A stretch of 64,000 nucleotides of DNA from Paramoeba atlantica (taxonomy: Eukaryota; Protista; Discosea): NCBI GenBank assembly GCA_977017575.1, contig CDRNVI010000052.1, positions 124,001-188,000 of the forward strand. The letters run 5' to 3'. Positions 32,223 to 43,289 of the stretch are shown here, one piece after another. The position numbers and the translations under genes are program-made. Position 1 is the first letter of the stretch; every line of letters begins with the position of its first letter. The notes beneath the pieces were generated by a model that saw nothing but the letters and a program-made list of their open reading frames with translations, searched no databases and was not told the origin of the DNA.

Positions 32223-33095
32223 ATGTTTTGGTCTGTTAGGATTTTCATACGCCTTGAAGACAACACAAAGACATATCGTAAACCGAGCAAAGTGCGTGGA
32301 ACTGATCTACCTCCTGTGGTTCAACTCGCCCGTTTGGTCAGCAATATTACCAATCCACATGAAACATGGAATACCGAAGTTCATCAATGCCTTTGGTCTG
32401 GAATACAATGCGCAACTCTAGACCGTACTCAGGTCCGATCTCTGTTTTGGTCGGATAGAAATCTTTTTGGGAGCTTGCTTTTGAATTACTGTCCTTCCAC
32501 TCTTCTTTCCATTGATGTGAGCGAAAATCAGTTAGAAGGTTCACTTCCGTGCTCATTGCTACCCGACGGACTCCGAGACCTAATACTACGACGCAATCAA
32601 TACACGGGGCCTCTTGATTTTACTCAACTTCCCATGGCCCTAATTAACTTAGATATTAGATCAAATATGTTTTCGGGTGGTGCGAATCTTATGAAACTTC
32701 CTCCTTCCTTGGATTTGCTCTGGATGAGGTCAAATTTGTTTTCCGGTGCGTTGTTGCTCTCACACCTTCCGACCTCTCTGCGCGCCCTCGGGAGCTCACG
32801 TAATCTTTTTCAAGGTCCACTAAATTTAACGCACCTTCCCCTTAAATTGGCAAGTCTACATCTAAATCGCAACCAATTTTCCGGTGAGCTAGATCTTACA
32901 AGGTTACCCAATAGTTTGGACGCGCTTGTTTTGGACCGAAATCAGTTTACAGGTAGAGTGGATCTCCGATCGCTTCCAGAGGGTATGGATCTTCTCGATA
33001 TTTCTCATAATTATATCACATCCGTCGCTGATAAACATATTCCAGACTGGGTGAAGATTCGTCCCCAAAAGCGCCCCACCACTTCAAATGTTTAG
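32223..33095 (+). CDS. LRR-family protein
   Basis: KPSKVRGTDLPPVVQLARLV...CLWSGIQC cap plus 23-aa LRRs. Confidence 0.88.
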   Translation: MFWSVRIFIRLEDNTKTYRKPSKVRGTDLPPVVQLARLVSNITNPHETWNTEVHQCLWSGIQCATLDRTQVRSLFWSDRNLFGSLLLNYCPSTLLSIDVSENQLEGSLPCSLLPDGLRDLILRRNQYTGPLDFTQLPMALINLDIRSNMFSGGANLMKLPPSLDLLWMRSNLFSGALLLSHLPTSLRALGSSRNLFQGPLNLTHLPLKLASLHLNRNQFSGELDLTRLPNSLDALVLDRNQFTGRVDLRSLPEGMDLLDISHNYITSVADKHIPDWVKIRPQKRPTTSNV

Positions 33096-33414
33096 CGAGC
33101 TTTTCATACATGAGCAATTAATTTGATAAGCAGATTAATTTAAACTGCTTCTGCGTTATTTTGGAAAAATATTATTATTCTTTCTTTTCGGTTCATCTAT
33201 GCATTCGCGTTCTTACAATGTGCAAAATAAGTGTTTCTACGCTTTTGGTGCCGTGGATCTTATCAAATGGATGGAAACTCTGAAATTCAAACCTATTAAA
33301 TTTTTTGCTTTTCTATTAATTAAATTCAACTGAAAACGTTTATGGATACATCCGAGAAGAATGCACAACGGGGGTGTAGGCGAAGAGATTTTTTAAAGTG
33401 CAAAGAAGGAAAAG

Positions 33415-34056
33415 ATGTATAAAACAGACTCTCAGAATTTCTCACACAACCACAGTGTGATTCTAATAGGAATGCGTGGCGTTGGAAAATCTTTAGCGGC
33501 CAAGTTTCTTTCATGCCATTGGAACACCAAGCGGTATTCCGTATGCGTGGATATGGACGATGTGTTCACTTGCTCCTCAAGTAGGTTTCATGATCTATTT
33601 CCAACAATTTTCCGAGATACCCTTCGTTCGTGCCTAGGTATTTCGGAGTTTGTTAATACATTTGGATGGGACCTGTTTCGCAAAATTGAGTATCTTTTGT
33701 TATGTCGTCAGCTGCGAGAAATGCCGGTCGGAGCAATCATAGCCACAGGTGGGGGTATAGTTGACTACCTCCCGTCTAGGTTTCTTTTACTGCGCTGGCC
33801 AATAGTTATTTTTCTACATCGGCTCCTGCCAGAGGACGTATCAGATACATCAGGTTTAGGTTATTGTATTCAATTCGGGAATAATGATCACCGACCTCCT
33901 CTTCCGTTAACCTTTCACGAAATGTATAAAAGAAGAATTTCTTACTATTGCACTTGCAGTACGCACATCTGGAATCTTGATGTTCCTTTCGGTACAGGTA
34001 ATGTGAAAGAGATTAAAAAAGGAATATTAGACCTGGTTCGATCCAGCAAGTTATAA
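33415..34056 (+). CDS. Shikimate kinase-like protein with C-terminal SKL
   Basis: P-loop LIGMRGVGKS, VDMDD, GWDLFRKIE, IIATGGGIVD, lid HRP, RRISYY; ends SKL-stop. Confidence 0.8.
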   Translation: MYKTDSQNFSHNHSVILIGMRGVGKSLAAKFLSCHWNTKRYSVCVDMDDVFTCSSSRFHDLFPTIFRDTLRSCLGISEFVNTFGWDLFRKIEYLLLCRQLREMPVGAIIATGGGIVDYLPSRFLLLRWPIVIFLHRLLPEDVSDTSGLGYCIQFGNNDHRPPLPLTFHEMYKRRISYYCTCSTHIWNLDVPFGTGNVKEIKKGILDLVRSSKL

Positions 34057-34650
34057 ATTTTGATAGGTAATTTATTTTACTGGCCACCCGAATATTATAA
34101 AATACCACCCAAACATTATCAGGTATGTGGATTGGAGACGGCACTCAGATACAGTAAAGTCACGCGATGGCTCTGGTCTCTAAACTGAGGCCCTTTACTC
34201 TAATCCCCTTACAACTGTGTACTCTAACCGTCCAGTGCGGTTCCATGCGGGTGGGATCTTGTTTCCGAATAACAAGGTTGCAATCTATGCGGTGGACCTC
34301 AACTGGGTGAACGAAATCTGGGTGCTTCCAGTTGGGGTCTCCTCAGACCGTTGCTGATAGGGCATATATTCATAAAGCCTCTTGCCCCATCCTAGGTCAG
34401 CCCTCAAAGCTGTGGTGGCCAACATGGATCTCTATCCCCTGACGTTCACTACTTTTTGGTGCATTTCATGGGAATGGGACCATTTCATCATTTATCAAAA
34501 TAGATCTTTAGCATGCAACACATTAATTTTCCATACGTGTATTACTTGCATTTACTCCCGAATTACGGACACGGGTCTTTTTTCTTCCTACAATCTCTTT
34601 AAAGCTTTTTGATCACCTAGTATGATTCACCTGATACGGATTGCATCTTA

Positions 34651-35634
34651 ATGCGGCCCTCATTTCTGCTCTTTTGCATTCATTGTTCTGTTCTTGCAGT
34701 GGCTCAAGACAGCACTGCACTTTCTACTTTGAGCTCATCACTATCTGCAGAACACGAACTTGAAATTTTTCTCAAAAACATTCACAACTGGCATCATACA
34801 TGGGATCTACAAAATCCCATCCGATCTTGGAAAGGTATTTACTGTAACGATCAAGGAGAGCTCACACAAATTGATTGGCGGTATATGCGACTCCAAGGAA
34901 ATCTTACTTGGAGGCACATCCCACCTCATATTGAAACCTTATGCCTCCGAGAGAATGATCTTCAAGGTACCATTCAACTTTGTGATCTTCCGCCCCGATT
35001 AAAAGTCTTGCTTCTTGACAGTAATCATTTTCGTGGCCACCTTTACTTAGAGGAATTACCATGGCAAATTCGTGTGCTACGTGTTGGTCACAACGCTTTG
35101 GGTGGTCCACTTGAAATTCCTTTTTCTCATCCTGTATTACGTGAGCTTCACGTCGAGTACAATGCTTTCCACGGTACGTTGGATCTTGAACAGCTGCCAC
35201 TTCGGTTGCGAATTCTTGACGTCACTCAAAACAACCTTAGCGGAGACCTAAACTTGACTTTTCTTCCCAGCGGCCTCAACGTCCTTTCCGTGGCATACAA
35301 CACATTTTCGGGTGGTGTTTATTTAAGTCAGCTTCCTTTCGAATTGCGCGTTTTGAATCTGAGCCATAACCAACTTGATACCGGAGTTGACCTTCAACGT
35401 CTTCCCGTTGAACTTGAAGAACTCTATTTGAACCACAATTATTTTTTTGGTAGGCCGAAACTTCTTGAATTGTCTCCTTTCTTAAGAGTACTTCACCTTC
35501 ACAATAATTGTTTTCGGGGTTACATTGATGTTTCCCATGTAAATCATAAAACCGAGATACGAATTTATCCTCAACGAGAGACTTTTGTGCGAACCTATGT
35601 GAGAACAAAGCCTGAACCTTGCTGTGTGTCCTAA
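34651..35634 (+). CDS. LRR-family protein with a probable signal peptide
   Basis: N-terminus MRPSFLLFCIHCSVLAVA-QD; SWKGIYC cap; about 9 LRRs. Confidence 0.85.
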   Translation: MRPSFLLFCIHCSVLAVAQDSTALSTLSSSLSAEHELEIFLKNIHNWHHTWDLQNPIRSWKGIYCNDQGELTQIDWRYMRLQGNLTWRHIPPHIETLCLRENDLQGTIQLCDLPPRLKVLLLDSNHFRGHLYLEELPWQIRVLRVGHNALGGPLEIPFSHPVLRELHVEYNAFHGTLDLEQLPLRLRILDVTQNNLSGDLNLTFLPSGLNVLSVAYNTFSGGVYLSQLPFELRVLNLSHNQLDTGVDLQRLPVELEELYLNHNYFFGRPKLLELSPFLRVLHLHNNCFRGYIDVSHVNHKTEIRIYPQRETFVRTYVRTKPEPCCVS

Positions 35635-35894
35635 GCACGCGTGTTTTAAATACTGTTAGTTTGCACATTAAGTCTAAAAACTGATTACAGTCCTAAAACA
35701 TTGTACTTTTTTCGAAAGTATTTTCGAAACATCATTATTTAGCTGTTCTGTTGAGGGCGGTGATTAGTTTGAATAAAAAATGTTTTTAAGCATATTTAAC
35801 GCATTTAATACTTTAAAAGATTAAAAGAATAATTTTGTCTTACATCCTGAACAATTCTGTCTATACACCTGAACTACAAAGCTACTCTTTGACC

Positions 35895-38800
35895 ATGAGT
35901 TCCAGTTACGTTAAACTACCAGTTGCTGGTAGTCCATCCTCCGGTATTAAATTCGTTCGACACTTGGGAATTTTATGCAATGAGACCGCTAGACTACACT
36001 CAGTCTTTTCTCGTAGACGGCATTCCTACCCTGAGATTCCGTACGGCAGTCGTCCGATTCAGTATAGGGATCAAACTTCGAGCGATACAGTGTCATCGCA
36101 GTGGGATGATATTCCCTACACGGAGAAGGGGCATTCTGAATTTGAAAGGAGATATACACGAAACAAAACTGTAAACTCTACACGTAGATCCATCCAAACT
36201 CCGCATTTCGCACTTCATGCGAAAAGTACAACTGTACCCAATTCTGTGCCCGTCTTGCCGCATCATAAACCCAACACTTCTTCCTCCTCTTCACTTCAAC
36301 ATCGACTGAAGAAACTTCTTCCTCATCGGTCCCTTCTCTCGGAAAGAATTGAACACGATCACGAATCACAAGTAGGAGTGCAACACGATCGCCACAATAA
36401 CACGCAACTTCCACTTTGGCTTAAAAATCGCTCACGAGAAACCAAACACCCGACAAGGGAACTGAGAACAAACGCCAATATTTCTTCACGTTCATCCATC
36501 CGGTCCGCCGCCCAGACTTCTCAATGTAAGACACACCCGGAGCACCACCCATGTCTCCTTCAGTCTTCCGGTGCACGTTGCACCCATCAACCACCCTCCC
36601 GATGTCCGTATCGAAACTTACCTCGGGAGCTGTGCCTTACTTTTCTAAAAACAGGGGAATGCGTACCTCACGAAACCGGGGGGCACTGCCCATGGGTTCA
36701 CCAAGACGTGGCGCAGTACGAAGCGAGCCGGACAAATAAGAGAACAAATATGGGTGGTACCTTACAGAACCCTGCGGATTGCGCTGTGCAGCGTGTGGTG
36801 GATGTCTCGGTCGCCTCGTTGAATACTTCGGCTCGGACAAATCGTTCTGATAAGCATAACGATAACGAAACGTCGACGAGTGCCAAACAAGAAGCGATAC
36901 CCTATTCAAGAGTATGTGACGAGGATATTTCAACGGATAAAGGCCCCACTGGGTTCTCTTCTCACGTAGCTCTTCAGCTAATAGACTACATAATTCACTG
37001 TCCGGGCTCTCTTCCATCGGACACATTATATCGGATATGCCAGAATTTGACCACGCAGAGGCCCTCTAGTGGGAATCCAGACTGGAAACAGCTTCAATGG
37101 GGAAACTCGGCTCGGAGGTTTTTCCAATCTTGGACACCGGAGGTCGTTGTAGCCACCGCATCCTATCACAATTCTCTTCTCTCTGTGCGGGACGACAGGC
37201 TACGATGGATTGGTGGTCAACTCAAATGCCTAGCAAAATCTTCCAGTATTAAGGGTTCAGATCGTTGGTTGTTTGGTCAAGAGGGTAGTACGCCTTTATC
37301 CATGTTCCGCCTATACTGCATAGTTCTTGAAAGTAGTACATCGTGGATGGAAGCAGTACGCCATCTGAGATCCTTGCACTCGATCCGGCCTCACTTGAAG
37401 AACGAAATTCGACACTTAGCGAGTTGTGGTGATGGATTTCTTGCACAACTTTCGAAATTAGTTCTTCCCATTTCGTTGGTGAAATACCTTGTATCTCTTT
37501 TCGTGGCGTGTCCACAAAAGATGAACTTTGCGACTGAGTTTTTCGCCCTATTTAATTCGTGTGGCCAAGCTGCTCATCTTAAGGAAACTCAAGGTGGGAA
37601 TATGATTGAGTCGACACATAAACTTTTTGGTTCATACAATCTAGCAAGCCGTGATTATCAGAACATGGTAGTGGAGATATTACATCCCCAGCAGGCTCAT
37701 GCAAGCAAAAACAATGTTTCTCCCTCAATCTTGGACGTTCTAGTTTCTCCATATTACTGCATTTCCGATCTTTATAGAAAGAAGGACAACACTTCTTCCG
37801 GAGACGGTTTCGAAAAGGTCTCTCAAGATGCATCTACCCAAGAAGCGCGACTAGGTCTTATATCGATGGAACAAGCTCTTCAACGTCATACTTTTTCTCG
37901 CATGGTATTGCTACACGCTTGCGGAGGACTTTTCTCTGACTCAGCGTTGAATAGCGATGCTGAGGAAGATTTTACGCGTTTACGATACAGCCGGGCGTCA
38001 CGTCAAAGTGCTCTCAAGACGCGATCTACGCATAACTCACAGCTTCTTAACAAAAATGTTCCACGTCGGCTCCCCCCACCCTCTGTTGTTTCCGCCTACC
38101 TTCTTACGTCACTACAGATTGGTTCTTGTCAGCAAGCCTATCGTTGGCTCCGTTCGTACTTTACTTTTTCGCAAAGCAACACCGCATGGCTACACTGGAC
38201 AGACGATACCTACGCCGTCACACTTCGTGTGCTTTGTGTCTTGAAAAAACCTATTCCTGCGTGGCGGTTGTATTTTCAGATTATGCAACACACGCAGGTT
38301 CGTACACACCAGGCGTTATTCGATCAAGACGGTTCACTAGAAAACGACCCCCAGGAGGCAACTTTTAATTCTCACACCCATTCCCACTTTTCAGACAGTC
38401 GGATTGCATCGTGCCCGTTTGCGTTAAGCACGGAGGTAACTCTTCTTTCCATTTGCAAGTCTTTCCGCGATATAATGAAAGTAATTCACGCCGTTCAGTA
38501 CCGTGACAAAGCCAATCGAACGCCGCGGGAACTGAAAAGGGTTTTCTCGCACAGAGTTGTGGAAAATCAGGAACATAAAGAAACTGTTGCAGGAGAAACA
38601 AACGCGGATTTCCGTGAGTCTTGTTTTCCTAGAGCTGTAGAATGGGAGTCCTCTGCAATTCCCTCTCGCGTGCGTGTGCTGCGTGCAGCGACGTGGTCTC
38701 TTTTTCGTTTCGGCTTGTACAAAGAAGCTGGGTATACTCTGTGCAGTGAAAAAGACTGGGCATTGCGTAGTGATTATGTTTCTGCATCTACCGCTGCACG

Positions 38801-39143
38801 CTCCTGTACAACTGAAAACGAGGGATCACGAAATGAATGTCTCAGTAGAATAGGGAAAGATGTAATTATTGGTCAGCGTGTTTTAACTTTACTGGCAAAA
38901 AAAATATACAAACAGATTTTAAAAGTAGGGCACACAGCGGAAAATACGGGTACTAAAACAGATACTTCTACTTCTTGCTCTCAGTCTTCTCTTGGGTGTG
39001 GGACTTTTTTCTCAACTGACGAATGCGCAAGCACCCTTTCAAGACATTTTACCCTGAAGCGATCTAGATGTGGTACGGAGGCCGTTCGGGCTTTCTCTAC
39101 ACCTCAAATGCTACAATTTCTCGAAGAGAATTACGAAGTGTGA
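35895..39143 (+). CDS. Large protein with a CCCH-type zinc finger and helical repeats
   Basis: 1082-aa ORF; LCLTFLKTGECVPHETGGHCPWVH; short PPR-like helices (TYAVTLRVLCVLKKPIPAWRLYFQIM). Confidence 0.65.
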   Translation: MSSSYVKLPVAGSPSSGIKFVRHLGILCNETARLHSVFSRRRHSYPEIPYGSRPIQYRDQTSSDTVSSQWDDIPYTEKGHSEFERRYTRNKTVNSTRRSIQTPHFALHAKSTTVPNSVPVLPHHKPNTSSSSSLQHRLKKLLPHRSLLSERIEHDHESQVGVQHDRHNNTQLPLWLKNRSRETKHPTRELRTNANISSRSSIRSAAQTSQCKTHPEHHPCLLQSSGARCTHQPPSRCPYRNLPRELCLTFLKTGECVPHETGGHCPWVHQDVAQYEASRTNKRTNMGGTLQNPADCAVQRVVDVSVASLNTSARTNRSDKHNDNETSTSAKQEAIPYSRVCDEDISTDKGPTGFSSHVALQLIDYIIHCPGSLPSDTLYRICQNLTTQRPSSGNPDWKQLQWGNSARRFFQSWTPEVVVATASYHNSLLSVRDDRLRWIGGQLKCLAKSSSIKGSDRWLFGQEGSTPLSMFRLYCIVLESSTSWMEAVRHLRSLHSIRPHLKNEIRHLASCGDGFLAQLSKLVLPISLVKYLVSLFVACPQKMNFATEFFALFNSCGQAAHLKETQGGNMIESTHKLFGSYNLASRDYQNMVVEILHPQQAHASKNNVSPSILDVLVSPYYCISDLYRKKDNTSSGDGFEKVSQDASTQEARLGLISMEQALQRHTFSRMVLLHACGGLFSDSALNSDAEEDFTRLRYSRASRQSALKTRSTHNSQLLNKNVPRRLPPPSVVSAYLLTSLQIGSCQQAYRWLRSYFTFSQSNTAWLHWTDDTYAVTLRVLCVLKKPIPAWRLYFQIMQHTQVRTHQALFDQDGSLENDPQEATFNSHTHSHFSDSRIASCPFALSTEVTLLSICKSFRDIMKVIHAVQYRDKANRTPRELKRVFSHRVVENQEHKETVAGETNADFRESCFPRAVEWESSAIPSRVRVLRAATWSLFRFGLYKEAGYTLCSEKDWALRSDYVSASTAARSCTTENEGSRNECLSRIGKDVIIGQRVLTLLAKKIYKQILKVGHTAENTGTKTDTSTSCSQSSLGCGTFFSTDECASTLSRHFTLKRSRCGTEAVRAFSTPQMLQFLEENYEV

Positions 39144-39212
39144 TTGAAGTAACGCACCTTGGCGAGTACGTACTCGCATGTACTCGCCGAAAACGAATTT
39201 TGAAATCACTTA

Positions 39213-39522
39213 CCGTGATCCCCCCTTTAATATGCACCCCCTTCCCTCCCCCCCCCCCTTAATATGCACAAATTTTGGTGAAAGGGGACTTTTTTCCCCC
39301 CAAAAAACACTTGATTTTTTTTCACGGTGGTTGCGCAGACAAAATTTCAGTACTTTGCTACTTACACGACTCCGCTCTATCATTTTTCTTTGCACTGTAA
39401 AATGTATGACCGTATCACTTTTTGTAGTTGGGAACCTTGGATGACGTGATGATAGAAGCGTGTACCGTACGATGTGAATTAAGGAGTTCTTGTGCCGGTG
39501 ACAATTAAGTAGGGGGGCACAG
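39213..39522. mobile_element. Putative MITE with degenerate TIRs, 310 bp
   Basis: TA-ccgtgatcccccctttaat at left; attaagtaggggggcacag-TA at right; imperfect match. Confidence 0.5.
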
Positions 39523-39953
39523 TAAATATTTTAATATTTAATATGTAATTCGCCAGGCTCAAAAGTCTATTTTAGTTAGCTTAAGATAGATTGTTTTCTC
39601 TAGAATGTAGATAATAATAGCGCAGAATGTTGTTTTGAATGGTAGAAGTTTCATTCCTAAATATGTTCCATATATTCTTGTCGTAGATTAAATCATATAT
39701 TATTCTTGCACAACTTGCGAGTGGGCTCGTCCGCCATTTTGGTGGACCGAAGGGTAGTCATACATGTACGTGTCAGGTTGATATGATTGACACGGGGGGA
39801 AAGGTGTATTCGAATAAAGTCACTCCGGATAGTAGTATGGCGAAGTAAACGTGGATTGTGGTGTGCCGCTTGGTGGTAGACAATAATACCGTTGACGTCT
39901 GTCTAGATACCGTTGACGTCTGTTGACTGGCTGTGGCAGATGAAATTGGTATT

Positions 39954-40151
39954 CGGTCGGTAGCTTGCTTTCGGTTTATAACTGGCTTTCGGTTGATAAC
40001 TGGCATGCGGTTGATAACTGGCTTTCGGTTGATAACTGGCTTTCGGTTCATAACTGGCTTTTCGTTGATAATTGGCTTTTTGTTGATAACTGACTTTTTG
40101 TTGATAACTGGCTTTTTGTTGATAACTGGCTTTTTGTTGATAACTGGCTTT
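39954..40151. repeat. Minisatellite, 11 x 18 bp (ttgataactggctttYNg)
   Basis: Eleven tandem units read directly; the minus strand encodes (KASYQQ/P)n without stops. Confidence 0.95.
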
Positions 40152-40870
40152 GAATGGGTTTAGTTGGCGTACTTTCACTTTCTTGGGTCCTTTTGATAAC
40201 TGGATTTTGAAATGGGGGCGGACTCTTTGAAGTCACATTCGACGACCAGACCCCCGCCTTGGAAAATCCCGGCCTCCTCGTGCGTTGCTCGCCCCACGGG
40301 ACACTCGCGCTGAAGAAAAGCGCCCAGGACGAGATTTGTTAAAACTGATAAAGGGGGGGTCCAATTATTATTCACATCCATTTACTATTCACAAACTCAT
40401 TTACTATTCACATTCATCTACTATTCACAAACAATTATTTGTTAAAAAAAATTACCCTTCCTTCTTTACGTGACTTGAGTTCGAAAGAAACTCGAAAAAA
40501 TCTTGTACCTCATGAACGCTCTTCACGCATCCTCCGTGAGAACACTTAATGAAACCGACGTGGAGTCGGGGCTTTTTGAGGAAGCTGAAGGCGATGAAGA
40601 TGCATCGGAAATCGTGGACGACGACTGCTTTACAGATGATGCACGTCTGCTACAGTTTTTGGATTCGACTTCCGGCACTCCGGCTGAAGAATGCTATAAG
40701 TCGGGATACATTTCTGACGAAACTATGAAGGAAGAAGAGAAAGAAAGACTTTTCTTTGATAGATTTTCCAGAAAAAAGTTATTTTCTCAGTCTTAAGTTG
40801 TCTCAACTACAACAGTTCTACAGAATACTACAGTTGTACAGTTCTACTCTACTTGTACCAGTTACTACAG

Positions 40871-40975
40871 AATCTAGAGTAGAGTACGAATCTAGAGTAG
40901 AGTACCAATCTAGAGTAGAGTAGAATCTAGAGTAGAGTAGAATCTAGAGTAGAGTAGAATCTAGAGTAGAGTACC
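40871..40975. repeat. Minisatellite, 6 x 17-18 bp (aatctagagtagagtaS)
   Basis: Six tandem units read directly. Confidence 0.95.
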
Positions 40976-41218
40976 AGTTCTACAGAATCTAAAGTTGTTC
41001 TACAACTTTAGACAACTTTAGTTGTCTAAAGTTATTCTCAGAAAAAGTTTTAGAAAGAAGTTCTTTCATAAGAAACTATGAATTTCTGACGAAAATATGA
41101 TGCTTAATCGCTCGCTTGGATAATACTGAAATTTTGTTTGAGAAACCACCACGAAAACATTTCAAGTTTTTTTGGGGGAAAAAAATGTCCCTTTTCACCC
41201 AATTTTGAATTTTTGCTA

Positions 41219-41526
41219 AACCATGTTCCAGGATAGTATACCCATGCCCACTTAGTGTACTAGGTATACTAAGTGTCCCCAAGCCACTTAGTATCCCCCC
41301 TCCCAGCAACAGGAGCGGGATATGTCCCTTTTTTAGAAACGACAGAGCAAGAAATCGTATTTTAAGGTCAAGGCACCATTTTGCTAGCAACTACAGCTAA
41401 GGAACGCGCCGCGAAGCGGCGCGAAATGTTTTTTTGCATTTTAGACAAAATTTAGTACACCGTACCCATTTAGTATACCGTACCCACTTAGTATACCTAC
41501 TAGGTATACTATCCTGGAACATGGTT
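41219..41526. mobile_element. MITE, 308 bp, with perfect 24-bp TIRs
   Basis: TA-aaccatgttccaggatagtatacc ... ggtatactatcctggaacatggtt-TA; contains the GAA hairpin at 41405-41423. Confidence 0.92.
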
Positions 41527-41943
41527 TATAAAAAATAGTAAGTCTTAAAAAAAGGTTTTTTCAAAATCTTGTCCATTGTATTTTGAGAGTATGGGACCTA
41601 TACAAGCTTTCTATGCCGTTGTTTTCGCAAAGGACGCCTTTTTGGTGTCGAGGTACACCTCCCAAAATGACACATTTTTTAACAAAAAAAATGAAAAAGT
41701 AATTTTCGGGCCGGAAGGCATCATTTTACGTCAGAAGAATCGTGTGGTTGGAGTCGCATTCTCTACCCAATACGTTCGGCAGGCTTTCATTCATGCCTAC
41801 GAGTGATTTCCTACACGCAAACTTCGGATTTGGTGCTCTCAGAGCAAAAATAGCCAAAATTTCCCCCATTTTTGCCTACAAATCGACTATTTTTGATACT
41901 AATCCTACCGGTTTCTTGCGCTTTCGTAGCCAATTTTTCTTTT

Positions 41944-42047
41944 TTAGGCTCTTCGTTAAACGCGGAGGCAGTCTTCAACGCGAAGCGCACTGCATGAGTG
42001 ACTTCTATGTTGAAAACAACCACCGCGTTCAACGAAGAGACTAAAAA
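41944..42047. repeat. Second (inverted) copy of the 105-bp foldback
   Basis: Reverse complement matches 23930-24034; flanking homology continues leftwards to about 41700. Confidence 0.8.
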
Positions 42048-43289
42048 AGTAGTATCTGTAACTTATAAATTTAGTATCTGTAACTTACTGTATAGTATCT
42101 GACAAATTGTGAGTTAAATATTTGTAAGCTGGCGTGACAATACCCGGAGTACAACCACAGGAAACATCACGACGCAGGAAAGCAGCTCAGAGTAGTCTTG
42201 TACTACTACTGTAATTTGAAACTAGAAAAGAAACTATCGAAGAAATGCGCTACATCTCCTTAAGTGCATTTCGTTGAATCACTTCCCACTTCGAATTCAT
42301 TATCTTCTGATATGTTTTACATAGACACTATAGAGTTTCATACATTGGACTGTATAGTCCAATTTGTCGACATTTTCCCGAATGAAAACCTGCTCTGCGT
42401 TGACTTGCGAATACAACGAAGTTTGTCGTGAGTTTTACATGTAACCTAGGACTGATAACCAAGAGTCACACTTCGTGACCAGTGGAGGTGTCCATACGTA
42501 GTGCTGCGCTGCAATTAAAATTTGAGGGAATATGTGACGTCCCACACTGATCCACCAATCATGCTCGTTTCCATGCAGAATAGGGTCTCACTCATAGTCA
42601 TGCAGGTCGCGCACGCATTCCACTCGTTTTCCGATATTGAAAAAATCGCGTTGTGATGAGAAGAGTTAGTAGCCAACAAGTTATTATCCAAGTCAACCAA
42701 CGTAGGTGGACAGTTACATGGACGTGCAAAATGAACAATTGATTTAGGACTAAACCACATACATGTAACATGCTTACAAAAAGACATATTAATTTATTAT
42801 TTTTTTCTAACCGTCTTTGATGGTGTCTGAGAGCATCATTCATACTTTCCGGAGCTTCCTCCGTCTGTCCGTACTCAAACAATTGTTTCCACGTTGGACA
42901 ACATGTGTTACCATGGAGTACCCGACATGATCCAAAACTTTCGTCAAGCCTTCATGAAGAAAACGACAGTCCTAGAACTGCGCTCTGGCGTTTCAGAGGG
43001 CTCACCCACAGAAGGTGAAGAATCTTCGGTTGGAGTCACTGTTTCCCCCTAGTCAATTACAGGGCTGCACTCGGTACGTACTCGCTGTACTCGGTTAAGG
43101 TATGAAGTAAGTAATTTACGCCTTTTTTTATGAAAAGCTACTCTCTTTTTAACAGCGTCTTTAACACTCGAAAAATGAATATCTATCAGCAGTTGCATTG
43201 CCTCATGTTATTTTTCTTTGTCAAACTTGCATTGAATATTCCGAAGTACACATACTTATTTGATATTTTTTACTTACAAGGCACCATCA

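Noticed and set aside
42100-43052. Functional gene
   Set aside because: Short coding-like + strand frames broken by stops; probably a decayed gene, identity unknown.
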